From Thermoleophilia bacterium (GTDB taxonomy: Bacteria; Actinomycetota; Thermoleophilia; RBG-16-64-13), in assembly GCA_040768135.1 (NCBI GenBank), contig JAXGNF010000001.1:16257-80256 (forward strand): 64,000 nucleotides of DNA, written 5' to 3'. The notes beneath the pieces were generated by a model. The model was not told the origin of the DNA, did no database searches, and saw only the letters and a list, made by a program, of their open reading frames with translations. Positions 28,659-38,310 of the stretch are shown in pieces; positions within the stretch are counted from its first letter, which is position 1; each line of letters opens with the position of its first letter. The translations under genes were made by a program, and so were the position numbers.

Positions 28659-30761
28659 CTACACGTTCATGGCAGTCCGGAGCCCTGTGCCCACCGCGTC
28701 GGCTATGAGTCCGGGTTGAGCGCAGTCGCCTACCGTGTAAATCTCGGGAACTCGGCCCTCGAGCTTGGCTCTGAGGTCTTCTTTGGCGGTCAAGGGCAGC
28801 GCTGAGACGAAGGTGTCGGCCTGGAGGGTTCTCATCTGGCCTTCCTTGGTGATGATGGTGAGGCCCTCGTCGGTGATTTCTACGTACTCCTTCACTCCCG
28901 AGATCATCTCGACGCCCTTCTTCTTGAACCAGATGGTGAGGTAGCCGAGAAGGGCGGGGACCATGCCCTCACCCAACGTTTCCGCGGTGTCGACGATGGT
29001 CACCTTCCTGCCTCGCTTGACCAAGAACTCGGCCAGCTCACAGCCTTGGAGCGCACCGCCGATCACCACCACGTTTTTGCCTATGCCCGGCATATAGAAT
29101 CGAGTCAGTGATCGTAGGGTGTAGGGCGTAAAGAAGCGTGAGTAGAACTTGAGCTGTTTGTGGAGGTCACCTCCGCTCACTACATTCGGTCCATCGATCC
29201 CTTTGATGGCAGGGACGGTCGGCGAAGCGCCCGTGGCAAGAAAGACCACGTCGGGCTTGAGTTCTTCCACAGTCGAGACATCGGCTTCTTTGCCCAAAAC
29301 CACTTTGACGCCGAGTTTCTTCATCTGCCCTCGCAGGTACTTGACGATCAAAGGCACATCCTCAGGATGCGGTCCTTTGACCATGGCTGCGATCGGAAGC
29401 AGCCCGCCCAGTATGGGGGCTTTTTCATAGAGGGTCACGTCATGGCCTCGCAGAGCCGAGACCCGGGCGGCCTCCATGCCGGCAGGGCCGCCTCCGATAA
29501 CAAGCACCTTCTTCTTGATCTCCGCGTCACGGATGGTGTTGACGGGCAGCCCCATGAGCGCATTGATACGACAGCGCCTGCTGCCGAGGCAGTTGTCGCA
29601 GCCGGTACACGGAGCTATATCGTCCAGCCGGCCCTCTTTGATCTTGTTGACATACTCGGGATCGGCGTGGAGCCGTCTGGTCATACCGATGAAGTCGGCC
29701 ATACCCTGCTCTAGGATCTTCTCACCTAGGTCGCAATCCAGCCTACCCACCACAATGACGGGGATGGAGACCTTTTCTTTGATCCCTGCGGCGAGGAGCA
29801 TGTTGGCACCCGCTCCCTTGCCCTTCGTGTAGTACTCCTTGGGGAAGTTCTTCAGGGGGATAGGTGCATCGGGATAGAAGAGTGCGTCGCACAGGTAGGC
29901 GGCTTCATGGTATCCGATCCAATGGCTGCGCACCATGATGCCATCGGCGCCCGCCTTTTCTATGTACCGAGCGTGTTCCTGGGCCACTTCTGCTGGGATG
30001 CAGGAGCCGTCATCGATGTCGCAGATCTGGCCGACCTCGAGGCCGTTTATGCAGACCGTGACTGGGAAGTCTGAGCCGCACAGCCTCTTGATCTCAGTGA
30101 CGACCTGACAGACGAAGCGGCTACGGTTCTCGGCGTTACCCCCGTATTCGTCCGTGCGTCTGTTCCAGAATGGCGAGAGGAAGTTGTGGAGGAGGTGGCT
30201 GCTCGAAGCATTGATGTCCACCCCGTCGAAGCCCGCCTTCTTTGCCCGAAGGGCACACTGGGCGAACTTCTCCACAACGGCTTCGATTTCGGGGATGGTC
30301 AGCGGGTGGGGGACCTCGTTGTGGAAGTCGGTCTCGCAGGGTACTGTCACGGTTGAGGCGGCGTAGGGCAGGCCGGAGTACGGCGGGTTTGGTACGAAGG
30401 GTAGGTGTACCTGCCAAGTACCGTCATGGTTCATCTGCATGAAGGTCGGGCAACCGTGTTTGTGGATCACGTCAGCGATCTGCGCCATTCCCGGGATGTA
30501 CTTATCGTCATCGAGCCGGTAACGGTCGCGCCAGCGACAGCCTGCCGGGTAGTCGACGGTGGGGGATTCGACGATTATCAGTCCAGTGCCACCTCGCGCC
30601 ATCGCCTCGTAGAAGGCTAGGACCTCGTCTCTCATGACCACGTCGTCTTCATGCCACATCATCACTCCGGCCCCGGTCTTGATGATGCGGTTACGGGTGG
30701 TGACGGGCCCGATGCGGCCCGGTTCGAGCAGCTTCACGTACTTATGGTTACTGTTGGTCAA
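28659..30761 (-). CDS. 2-enoate reductase family flavoprotein (OYE-like + 4Fe-4S + FAD/NAD(P) domain), paralog 2
   Basis: 700 aa; Cys motif CTGCDNCLGSRRC; C-terminal GGGPAG dinucleotide-binding domain. Confidence 0.8.
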   Translation of the reverse strand: MTNSNHKYVKLLEPGRIGPVTTRNRIIKTGAGVMMWHEDDVVMRDEVLAFYEAMARGGTGLIIVESPTVDYPAGCRWRDRYRLDDDKYIPGMAQIADVIHKHGCPTFMQMNHDGTWQVHLPFVPNPPYSGLPYAASTVTVPCETDFHNEVPHPLTIPEIEAVVEKFAQCALRAKKAGFDGVDINASSSHLLHNFLSPFWNRRTDEYGGNAENRSRFVCQVVTEIKRLCGSDFPVTVCINGLEVGQICDIDDGSCIPAEVAQEHARYIEKAGADGIMVRSHWIGYHEAAYLCDALFYPDAPIPLKNFPKEYYTKGKGAGANMLLAAGIKEKVSIPVIVVGRLDCDLGEKILEQGMADFIGMTRRLHADPEYVNKIKEGRLDDIAPCTGCDNCLGSRRCRINALMGLPVNTIRDAEIKKKVLVIGGGPAGMEAARVSALRGHDVTLYEKAPILGGLLPIAAMVKGPHPEDVPLIVKYLRGQMKKLGVKVVLGKEADVSTVEELKPDVVFLATGASPTVPAIKGIDGPNVVSGGDLHKQLKFYSRFFTPYTLRSLTRFYMPGIGKNVVVIGGALQGCELAEFLVKRGRKVTIVDTAETLGEGMVPALLGYLTIWFKKKGVEMISGVKEYVEITDEGLTIITKEGQMRTLQADTFVSALPLTAKEDLRAKLEGRVPEIYTVGDCAQPGLIADAVGTGLRTAMNV

Positions 30762-30794
30762 CGAACGCCTCCCTTGCGTCTCCTAGGGCCCCTG

Positions 30795-31274
30795 TCACTT
30801 GTTCCACCGCGACTTGTCCACTGTATAGGCCTCGGCCTCCACTTCGGGGGGCGAGGCTTCCCAGAAGAAGCGGATCGTATCTATTTTGAGCGCGCCGCTA
30901 TCATCGAGCGAGAGCTCGTATAACGGCAGATAGTCTTTCTCCACCTTCACCAGATCGGTGGACGTCTCATAGATCGTGGCCCGAACGAAGGCCACCGCCA
31001 CCATCCGTTTCTCGTCGACGAAGATGTCGTGGACCACGAATCGCTCGTAGTCCTCTGGGTGGCCCGTCAGCATGTTATAGAAATCCTCGCGGCTCTTGAT
31101 GGCGTTTTGAGGCCCGCCGAACAAGTACATGTAGGGGATGAAGGTGAGGTTGGGTGCAAAATACTTGTCCATGGCGTGGACGGTCTTGGCGTCTTGGGCG
31201 CTGGCGTTGTATTCAGCGAAGTAGTCCTTCATCCACTGAACGATCTCGTCATATGTCGGCTTCATGCTCTTCAT
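30795..31274 (-). CDS. NTF2-like (SnoaL/ketosteroid-isomerase-like fold) small protein, paralog B
   Basis: 159 aa, PTYDEIVQWMKDYF...; clear paralog of the adjacent 31320..31832 gene. Confidence 0.45.
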   Translation of the reverse strand: MKSMKPTYDEIVQWMKDYFAEYNASAQDAKTVHAMDKYFAPNLTFIPYMYLFGGPQNAIKSREDFYNMLTGHPEDYERFVVHDIFVDEKRMVAVAFVRATIYETSTDLVKVEKDYLPLYELSLDDSGALKIDTIRFFWEASPPEVEAEAYTVDKSRWNK

Positions 31275-31319
31275 CCTCTGATGATTTGCCGGGCCTCTCG
31301 TCCGAGGTCCGGGGGCGGG

Positions 31320-31832
31320 TTATGCGTACTTACGTTGAGGTCCCTCCGGGTTGTTCTTCCAATCGCGTTCAAACACGTCGTCGATCTCGAGTGCTCCGGC
31401 CGGCAGGATCTCCCAGAAAAAGTCGAGACGCTCGATCTTGATGGTCCCGTCTTCCTCCACCAGTGGATAGCGGCACAGATAGCGCTTGGTAAGCAGCAAC
31501 TCCTGGGTGTCGCGGTCGATGATGTCGGTCCTTATTTGGGCTACGAAGACCAGCCGCCGCTCGTCGATGACCAGATGTTCGGGTGTCAACCGCTCAATTC
31601 CCGAGGGATGCGAGGTCAGCACCTTGTACCAGTTGTCTCGACCCTCTACCTTGCCCACGTAGGCGATGAAAGGGTTGTACACGACATCTTTCGAGAAATA
31701 CTTGTCCATACGGTGGATCTCGGCTGGGTCCTGGCCGTATTTGTTGAACTCGTCGAAGTATTCGTCGATCCAGGCGGCAAGTTCGTCATAAGTCGGTTGC
31801 ACGGTTGCGTCCTCCCGGTTGCGGGATGCCAT
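31320..31832 (-). CDS. NTF2-like small protein, paralog A
   Basis: 170 aa, PTYDELAAWIDEYF...; start overlaps the stop of the upstream cupin gene by 1 nt. Confidence 0.45.
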   Translation of the reverse strand: MASRNREDATVQPTYDELAAWIDEYFDEFNKYGQDPAEIHRMDKYFSKDVVYNPFIAYVGKVEGRDNWYKVLTSHPSGIERLTPEHLVIDERRLVFVAQIRTDIIDRDTQELLLTKRYLCRYPLVEEDGTIKIERLDFFWEILPAGALEIDDVFERDWKNNPEGPQRKYA

Positions 31833-32311
31833 CAGAAGTTCTTTACGTAGTTCGGATCGTTGGCCGCTTCGAACATGAAGATAGGGGTGTCGATCCTCTT
31901 GATCGTGATGGGACAGTGCTCCACTCCTTTGGGGACGAAGATGAGGCAGGTCTTGGTGACCGTGTGTTTCTCTCCGCCTATGTTGACCTCGATCTCTCCG
32001 CCCAGATCGCGTGGATAATTGCGGTTGGTACCCCCGAAGCCGATGACTTCATCGAAGTCGTGGGTGTGCGGTATTTCGATGTCGACCGGCTTGCCTCCAG
32101 GCAGCCCCCACAGTATCTCGCACCCCACGAAGAGCGGACATCCGGGAACGATGGAGTCCATGATCCCCAAGAGCATCGTCCTGTCGAGGATCTTTCCCTC
32201 CTTGGCCTGGTCTTCCATGGCCTTGACCATGGCCTCAGGCATGGGAGGCATCCGGTCCTCGGTAAGGAAGTACTTTCCGTACTTGGATTCGGTCCTCTCC
32301 GGTTCGGTCAT
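31832..32311 (-). CDS. Cupin-fold metal-binding protein, paralog B
   Basis: Cupin motif 1 PHTHDFDEVIGFGG and motif 2 PKGVEHCP. Confidence 0.55.
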   Translation of the reverse strand: MTEPERTESKYGKYFLTEDRMPPMPEAMVKAMEDQAKEGKILDRTMLLGIMDSIVPGCPLFVGCEILWGLPGGKPVDIEIPHTHDFDEVIGFGGTNRNYPRDLGGEIEVNIGGEKHTVTKTCLIFVPKGVEHCPITIKRIDTPIFMFEAANDPNYVKNF

Positions 32312-32775
32312 CTTGTTTCTCCTTGTTCCATTTTTTCCCGATGGCCACCCGGGTCGGCTTCGGCAAGGCTGCCGGCTCCGATCATCACCGTCATCTCCAG
32401 ATGGGGTCTCGTGAACCTTTTCCAGGTTAGCGGCCCGTGTTTCACTCCTTTGGGGACAAAGACCGAGGAGGTCTTGTTGATGATGAGGGCCTTGCCGTCG
32501 ACCATGAATTCGATCTCCGCTCCCAAGTCTTCTTGATCTTCGGGGTCGATGCCCACATGCATCACGATCTCGTCGTAGTCATGGACGTGTTCCCCGATGT
32601 GTGGATTGGGATCCGGCATCGCTTTTATCCAGCCGACCTCCACGTACATGTTCGTTCCGGGGACGAGGTTGTTGCTCATAAGGGTCATTGCCGGTATACG
32701 TCCTGCCACCTCGAAGGCTGGGATCACCTCATAGGCCGGGCTGCGCACGAAATATCTCTCAGCGTCGAGTGCCAT
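32308..32775 (-). CDS. Cupin-fold metal-binding protein, paralog A
   Basis: EHVHDYDEIVMHVG and PKGVKHGP; 4-nt overlap with paralog B. Confidence 0.55.
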   Translation of the reverse strand: MALDAERYFVRSPAYEVIPAFEVAGRIPAMTLMSNNLVPGTNMYVEVGWIKAMPDPNPHIGEHVHDYDEIVMHVGIDPEDQEDLGAEIEFMVDGKALIINKTSSVFVPKGVKHGPLTWKRFTRPHLEMTVMIGAGSLAEADPGGHREKMEQGETR

Positions 32776-34204
32776 AGTGCTCCGTCCTTTCTAGTAGCTC
32801 GCCCGTCTTCCCGGGGTGGTTCAGTTGCTGCCCGTCACAGGCGACTACATATTTCTGCATGAGTCGCAGCGCTTTTGCCGGTTCACTCTGGGCCAAGAGG
32901 CCCAAGGCGAAAAGCACGTAATCAGCGTCGAGCATGAACTGGGGTGCCTTGGGCTTGAGTAGCAGGGGGTACGCTGTATCGAACACCGCCCCTGCCAACA
33001 CCTCGGCCGGGTCGGCCGAAAACGACACCGGTCCACCGGCCCCCACCACCCATCGTAACTGGGTGAGGTCTTTGCCTCTTTGTACAACGACCTCCCCGTC
33101 GGGGGTCACGATGTGTTTCAGCGAACCTACGTGTCTATCGACCGCGGAGCGTACGGCCACCTTGGCAAGGAGTAGATGGCAGGCGGTCTGCTCATCCCCG
33201 CTGGGGACGCTGTTTTCCCGACACATGACGGCCACCAAGTCGTCGAAGTTGTCGGGTAATTGCTCCATCTCCGCTATCGTCTGCAGGGTATCGAGGTTAT
33301 GGAACAGACCCAAGTCGCCCTCCACAGTGCGCTTGGCGTACGGCTCGGCCAAGCCGAGGAAACGTACGGTACCGGAGGTGGGTGCCCCCGTGGCGACGGA
33401 GTAGACATCAGTTGTGGCCCCACCAACATCGACCAGAAGCAGTTCACCTATGCCCTGGTGGCCGTCGGTGCCGTCGGCCAGAAGCTTCGCGGCTTCGAGC
33501 ACTGCGGCCGGGGTAGGCATGATGACATCGGCTATGAGGCTCCGGGCCCGGCTGATGCCCTTCGCTTCAGTGATCCGGGCGATGAAGAGATCTCTGATCT
33601 TATGGTTGGCCGCGTCAACTTCCAAGATGCCGATCTCAGGCATGACGTTGGTAGTGAAGAGGACGTTTTTGCCCGAGCCGGCGAATAAGGCCTCGACGTC
33701 GTCATAGGCCGACTTGTTGCCGGCGACGATGATGTTGGTGATGCGGGAGCCCGCTCGAGCCAGCAACGTTGCGTTGTGAGTAATGACTTTCTTATTGCCG
33801 CCGTCGGTGCCCCCCGTAAGGAGGACTATGTCGGGAGCGATCTCTTCGATCTCTCGCAGTTCGCGTTCTGACAATTCGAAAGAGTACGAAGCCACTATCT
33901 TGGCCCCGGCTCCTAGAGCGGCTCTGCGACCGGCCTCGGTGGTGTAATCAGGCACCAAACCTACGCACACGACCCGGAGTCCGCCGGCCGCGCTACTGCA
34001 AGCCACGGTCTGTCGTCGTTCGGTCTCTCCGAAAGGAACTTTCTCGGCGAGGAGCGCGAAAGCCTCTTCGAGGGCGATCGTCACATCTCGGTCGACACTG
34101 GAAGGCACCTGCACCCGACCGATGAGCTCCTCGGCCTCCAGGTCGAATGCCACCAATTTGGTGAAAGTACTGCCGAAATCGACGAAGAGCCGTGTGCTTG
34201 TCAC
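32759..34204 (-). CDS. glmL: MutL/GlmL family protein (glutamate mutase accessory ASKHA-type ATPase, putative reactivase/chaperone)
   Basis: N-terminal VDFGSTFTKLVAFD signature; ~480 aa; sits immediately downstream of glmS. Confidence 0.65.
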   Translation of the reverse strand: MTSTRLFVDFGSTFTKLVAFDLEAEELIGRVQVPSSVDRDVTIALEEAFALLAEKVPFGETERRQTVACSSAAGGLRVVCVGLVPDYTTEAGRRAALGAGAKIVASYSFELSERELREIEEIAPDIVLLTGGTDGGNKKVITHNATLLARAGSRITNIIVAGNKSAYDDVEALFAGSGKNVLFTTNVMPEIGILEVDAANHKIRDLFIARITEAKGISRARSLIADVIMPTPAAVLEAAKLLADGTDGHQGIGELLLVDVGGATTDVYSVATGAPTSGTVRFLGLAEPYAKRTVEGDLGLFHNLDTLQTIAEMEQLPDNFDDLVAVMCRENSVPSGDEQTACHLLLAKVAVRSAVDRHVGSLKHIVTPDGEVVVQRGKDLTQLRWVVGAGGPVSFSADPAEVLAGAVFDTAYPLLLKPKAPQFMLDADYVLFALGLLAQSEPAKALRLMQKYVVACDGQQLNHPGKTGELLERTEHYGTRR

Positions 34205-34235
34205 TACGGTCTACCTGTCGACGAGGGCCATCAGT

Positions 34236-34673
34236 CTATAGTTCACGGACGCCGGTCCGTCTACGACCGAGGTCGGCTTTCAGGTCTTCGATGGCCAACC
34301 TCACATCGGTCTCAGGGGGATAAACACGGTCGAAACCCATCCGCCTGAATTTGGCCTCGTCTTCGGGAAAGTTGCGTCTGGACACACCCAGAATGCCCCC
34401 GATATAAAGGATGATGTCCTCCAGGCCGGCCTCGGTGCATTTATCGCGGAAACCCTCGAGGTCCAACTCGGCCATGCCGTAGAGCGAACTGATCATCATG
34501 GCGTCGGCCGCCGTCTCTTGGGCAGCCATGATGAACTCTTCCGGCGGAGTCTGAGCACCTAACTCCACCACCTTGAACCCTGCCTCCCGGAGGGCTCGGG
34601 AGACGATCTTAGTCCCGATGACGTGGGCATCGACTCCGACGGTCCCTGTGATGACGCAGCCTATATGGTCCAT
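34236..34673 (-). CDS. glmS: Glutamate mutase sigma subunit (methylaspartate mutase S chain), cobalamin-binding Rossmann domain
   Basis: DxHxxG motif (GVDAHVIG) and ...SSLYGMAELDLEGFRDKCTEAGL...GG...FRRMGFDRVYPPET... closely match clostridial GlmS/MutS (recalled from memory). Confidence 0.8.
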   Translation of the reverse strand: MDHIGCVITGTVGVDAHVIGTKIVSRALREAGFKVVELGAQTPPEEFIMAAQETAADAMMISSLYGMAELDLEGFRDKCTEAGLEDIILYIGGILGVSRRNFPEDEAKFRRMGFDRVYPPETDVRLAIEDLKADLGRRRTGVREL

Positions 34674-34707
34674 CGTTCTTTCGTCCTCGCTCTCGGACTA
34701 GGATTTG

Positions 34708-35619
34708 TCAAACCGCGACCTCACAGGGGAGACCGCGGGCTTCTACGATATTGCAGGCGGCCTGCATGAATGCCGGTGACGGCGTTTCGGCGGTCGCCAG
34801 TTCATAGTCGAGTCCCAGCATGTCGTACTTCTGCTGACCATAACGGTGGTAGGGGAGGAGGTGTACCGTCGCTCGGGGAGCGTGGGTGGCCACCATCTCG
34901 GTGATATCGGAAATGGCATCGCTTGTGTCGTTGAAACCCGGGACTACCGGTATGCGCACTACCAGGGATACGTCGCTCGCTGCCACCTCGTCAAAATTAC
35001 GTAGGATGGCTTCGTTTGAGCAGCCGGCTTGGATCCGGTGGATTTTTGGATCGATGTGTTTGATGTCGAAGTAGAAGAGATCAGTGTAGGGGATGATCCG
35101 CCGCAGTGCTTCAAGGCTACCTTGTCCCGAGGTGTCGACGCATGTGTGGAAACCCGCCTCGCGACACCTCTTGAGGAGAGCCACGGCGAATTCGGGCTGC
35201 ATAAGGACCTCTCCACCCGACAAGGTGATACCTCCACCTGAGTCCTCATAGAAGTCGGCGTCGCGTTCGAGGACGGCGAACACCTCGGCATCCGTCATCT
35301 CCTTGCCTGTGATACGCATGGCGTCATGAGGACAGGCATCGACGCAATCCCCGCATACAGTGCAGGCGTCGCGGTCGATCACAATACCGTCTGAGCCTAC
35401 CGTGATGGCGCCCCCGGGACAGGCGGTCACACACCGATAGCACCGTTTACAGAGGGAGTCGCGGTGCATGAGTTCGGGAATGATACTCTGGGACTCTGGG
35501 TTCGAACACCACACGCAACTCAGAGGGCAGCCCTTGAAAAAAACCGTAGTCCGGATACCCGGACCATCGTCGATGCTGTACCTCTGGATGTTAAACACGA
35601 TCCCCGTCACCGTTGCCAC
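34708..35619 (-). CDS. Glycyl radical enzyme activating enzyme (radical SAM) with a two-[4Fe-4S] ferredoxin-like insert
   Basis: CPLSCVWC radical-SAM motif (CxxxCxxC variant) plus CKRCYRCVTACP and CTVCGDCVDACP clusters, the glycerol-dehydratase/BSS-type activase architecture. Confidence 0.85.
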   Translation of the reverse strand: MATVTGIVFNIQRYSIDDGPGIRTTVFFKGCPLSCVWCSNPESQSIIPELMHRDSLCKRCYRCVTACPGGAITVGSDGIVIDRDACTVCGDCVDACPHDAMRITGKEMTDAEVFAVLERDADFYEDSGGGITLSGGEVLMQPEFAVALLKRCREAGFHTCVDTSGQGSLEALRRIIPYTDLFYFDIKHIDPKIHRIQAGCSNEAILRNFDEVAASDVSLVVRIPVVPGFNDTSDAISDITEMVATHAPRATVHLLPYHRYGQQKYDMLGLDYELATAETPSPAFMQAACNIVEARGLPCEVAV

Positions 35620-35702
35620 TGCTGCTCACTCCTCGACGTCATCATGGGGGAAGCGGACGCGCCGCCCATGCGGGCGGCGCGTCCGCGTAGAATAATCCCG
35701 TA

Positions 35703-38258
35703 CTAACCTACCTCATGCATGGTCCGCTCAACGATCTCGTCCTGCAGCTCGGGCGGTAGGTCGACGAAGTAAGCGCTGTAGCCCCCTACACGGACCAGTA
35801 GGTCCTTATGGGCTGCCGGTTCTTTGCGCGCCTCCACGAGTTCTTCGACACTGTGGATGTTGAACTGGATGTGCCAGCCCCCACGTTTGGTAAAAGTCTT
35901 GATGAGAGAAGACACTTTGCTCAACTTCTCCGGACTGTTAAGCACGGCCTTGGAGAACTTCATGTTGTGGGCTACTCCGGCGCACTCGTACGGGGTCGGG
36001 TACTTGGTGGCCGAGAGGATCAGGGCGGTTGGGCCGTTGACGTCGCCGCCCGGCATGGCTGAGGTGCCGCCATCGTAGATGGGGGTACCGGCATAGCGCC
36101 CGTTGGGCATCGCACCCACGGCTTTTCCCTGTGTCACATGGCCGGCCGCCGCACCCTTGAACAACATGGGTTTCTCGCCGGTGATGGGGTCGGGACGGCT
36201 TTGCAGGATCCCCTGAGTATCCCGGGATAGCCGGACGTACCAGTCGTCCACATAGTCGTCATCGTTGCCGTATTTGGGGGCTTTGAGGCACATCTGACGG
36301 ATATCCTCATGGCCCTCCCAGTTGGCGTCCATGGCGTCCAACAACTGGGCCATGGTGATCTTTTTCTCGTCGAACACCAGGTATTGGACGGCCGCCATGT
36401 AGTCGGCGCAGTCGCAAATGCCTTTGTCGCCCACCCAGGAGGCCTTGCCGATAGGGTAGCGGCAGCCGCCTTCGCGTGAGGCCAACCCGGCCGGGATACA
36501 GTCACGGAAGAGCATGCCGGCGCGTAACCCGCTCATCGGGCTGTTGGCGATCTCGCTGGTCCACCAGATGAAGTAGTGGTCACGCATCTTTTCCGCGAAG
36601 TAATCCTCCTGCTTGAGAAAGGCTTCGTAGAGCTGTTCGATGGATGTGAACGTTCTCGGGTCGCCGGTGTGCAGGCCCACTTGCTTGCCCGTGCGGGGGT
36701 CGAAACCGTCGTGGAGCGTGACTTCCATGACTTTGGCCTGAACAAGGTTGAAGGCTCCAGCCATGTGTTCGGCGCATTCCAAATGGTAGCCGAGGCACCC
36801 GCTTGCACTCCAGTTGCAGGCATCCTCTATGGGCACACCTCGGTCAAGGTAGCGGCGGGTCCCCAACTCGTCGTTCAAGAAGGCAGGATTACCCCCACCG
36901 AACTCGCGGTTGCATTCGAGCGCATGGATGATGAAGTTCTCGTCCTGCTCGTCGTGATAGCGGACGTAAACGGCCGGCTCCGATAGGTGGACCTGAGCCA
37001 TAACCTCGAGGATCATCCAAGAGAGCTCATTGGTGAGATCGTTGCCGTCTTTGTCTCGGCCGCATAGAGTGACGTTGGGCAGTTGGCTACCGGGAGCGGC
37101 GCGGTGCTCGCGCTTGATGGTGACCAAGTTCTCGACTTCGCGGATCTTCAGCCACATGGCGCCTATCAGCTCAGCTGCCTGCTGGCGGGTAAGGTTCCCG
37201 CTCTCGATATCGGCCTTGTAGTACGGGTACCAGAATTGGTCGATCCGTCCGATCCCCACCTCAGCTCTTTCGGGGCTCTCTTTCCAGGCGGCCAGATGCA
37301 TGAAGCGCACCGATTGGACGGCTTCCCAGAAGTTGCGAGGCGGCTCAGCGGGTACATGTTCACATACGTCCGCGATCTTCTCGAGCTCGGCCTTGCGGAC
37401 CGGGTCAGTCGTTGTGGCGGCCATCTCACGGGCCAGAGCGGCATGTCGCTTGGCAAAATTGATTACGGCCTCGAACATGATGACGATGGACTTGAGTAGG
37501 TACCACTTGCGGAGGGCGTTGACGCTCGAGCGGTCCTCCAACGCGCCTTCAGCCTTCATCTTCTCCATCTCGGCCTTGGCCAGACCGATGACGTGCCTGA
37601 AGCCGAGCCTCAACACCTCGCCGGAAAGCATGATCACGCCGCCGCCCATAGCGCCGTAACCCTGGAAGAGGCCCCGGTCGGGGTTCTCACGCACGCCGCG
37701 GCCCTCGAGGATCATCGCGTGGTCGAAGAGGAGGTCGAAGTGCTCTTTGCCGAGCTCTTCTTCAAGGGCCACGTTCACATAGTTGACCGGGTTCATGTGT
37801 TCGACCCAGTATTCGGCGTCGGCTGTAAGCTTCTCCAGATCTTCGGGGTCGATGACCGTCGAGGAGATATCACTCAGCTTGCGGTCGAAACGGCCACTTT
37901 TGCACATGGCCAAGATCTCACGGGGCTTCACAGCGCAAAGGGTGTTGTTGCCGCGGATGAACTTCGTTGACGAGCCTACGATGATCTCGTCGTCGCGAAT
38001 CAGGATGGGACAGTTCTCCATCCTCTTCTCGAACGCCTTGGCCCAGCGGAAGTCGACCGGCATCTGCTCGGTCTCTTTCCAGGATTCGGTGAACAGCAGT
38101 GTGTCGTCTACATAAACCTGTGGAGCGGCGTCTTCCCACTCCTTCTTCAGCTTATTGAGACGATCGGTCATGACGACTACCGATTTGATCTCTTTTGCGG
38201 CGTCCGGGTGGATGGTGCCTTGGATCACGGGGGTGATGTTCGAGGATTCCACTGCCAT
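35703..38258 (-). CDS. Glycyl radical enzyme (pyruvate formate-lyase superfamily) of unknown specificity
   Basis: 851 aa with a C-terminal glycyl-radical motif RVGGYSAYFVDL...Q.EIVERT and a Cys loop ...EDACNWSASGCLGY.... Confidence 0.9.
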   Translation of the reverse strand: MAVESSNITPVIQGTIHPDAAKEIKSVVVMTDRLNKLKKEWEDAAPQVYVDDTLLFTESWKETEQMPVDFRWAKAFEKRMENCPILIRDDEIIVGSSTKFIRGNNTLCAVKPREILAMCKSGRFDRKLSDISSTVIDPEDLEKLTADAEYWVEHMNPVNYVNVALEEELGKEHFDLLFDHAMILEGRGVRENPDRGLFQGYGAMGGGVIMLSGEVLRLGFRHVIGLAKAEMEKMKAEGALEDRSSVNALRKWYLLKSIVIMFEAVINFAKRHAALAREMAATTTDPVRKAELEKIADVCEHVPAEPPRNFWEAVQSVRFMHLAAWKESPERAEVGIGRIDQFWYPYYKADIESGNLTRQQAAELIGAMWLKIREVENLVTIKREHRAAPGSQLPNVTLCGRDKDGNDLTNELSWMILEVMAQVHLSEPAVYVRYHDEQDENFIIHALECNREFGGGNPAFLNDELGTRRYLDRGVPIEDACNWSASGCLGYHLECAEHMAGAFNLVQAKVMEVTLHDGFDPRTGKQVGLHTGDPRTFTSIEQLYEAFLKQEDYFAEKMRDHYFIWWTSEIANSPMSGLRAGMLFRDCIPAGLASREGGCRYPIGKASWVGDKGICDCADYMAAVQYLVFDEKKITMAQLLDAMDANWEGHEDIRQMCLKAPKYGNDDDYVDDWYVRLSRDTQGILQSRPDPITGEKPMLFKGAAAGHVTQGKAVGAMPNGRYAGTPIYDGGTSAMPGGDVNGPTALILSATKYPTPYECAGVAHNMKFSKAVLNSPEKLSKVSSLIKTFTKRGGWHIQFNIHSVEELVEARKEPAAHKDLLVRVGGYSAYFVDLPPELQDEIVERTMHEVG

Positions 38259-38310
38259 TCTGTCTCCCTTCCCGACTGCGGCCCCGAGTGGCTTGGATAT
38301 ATTACCTAAT

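Noticed and set aside
27873-28805. 310-aa plus-strand ORF opposite AOR paralog 2
   Set aside because: Antisense shadow ORF.
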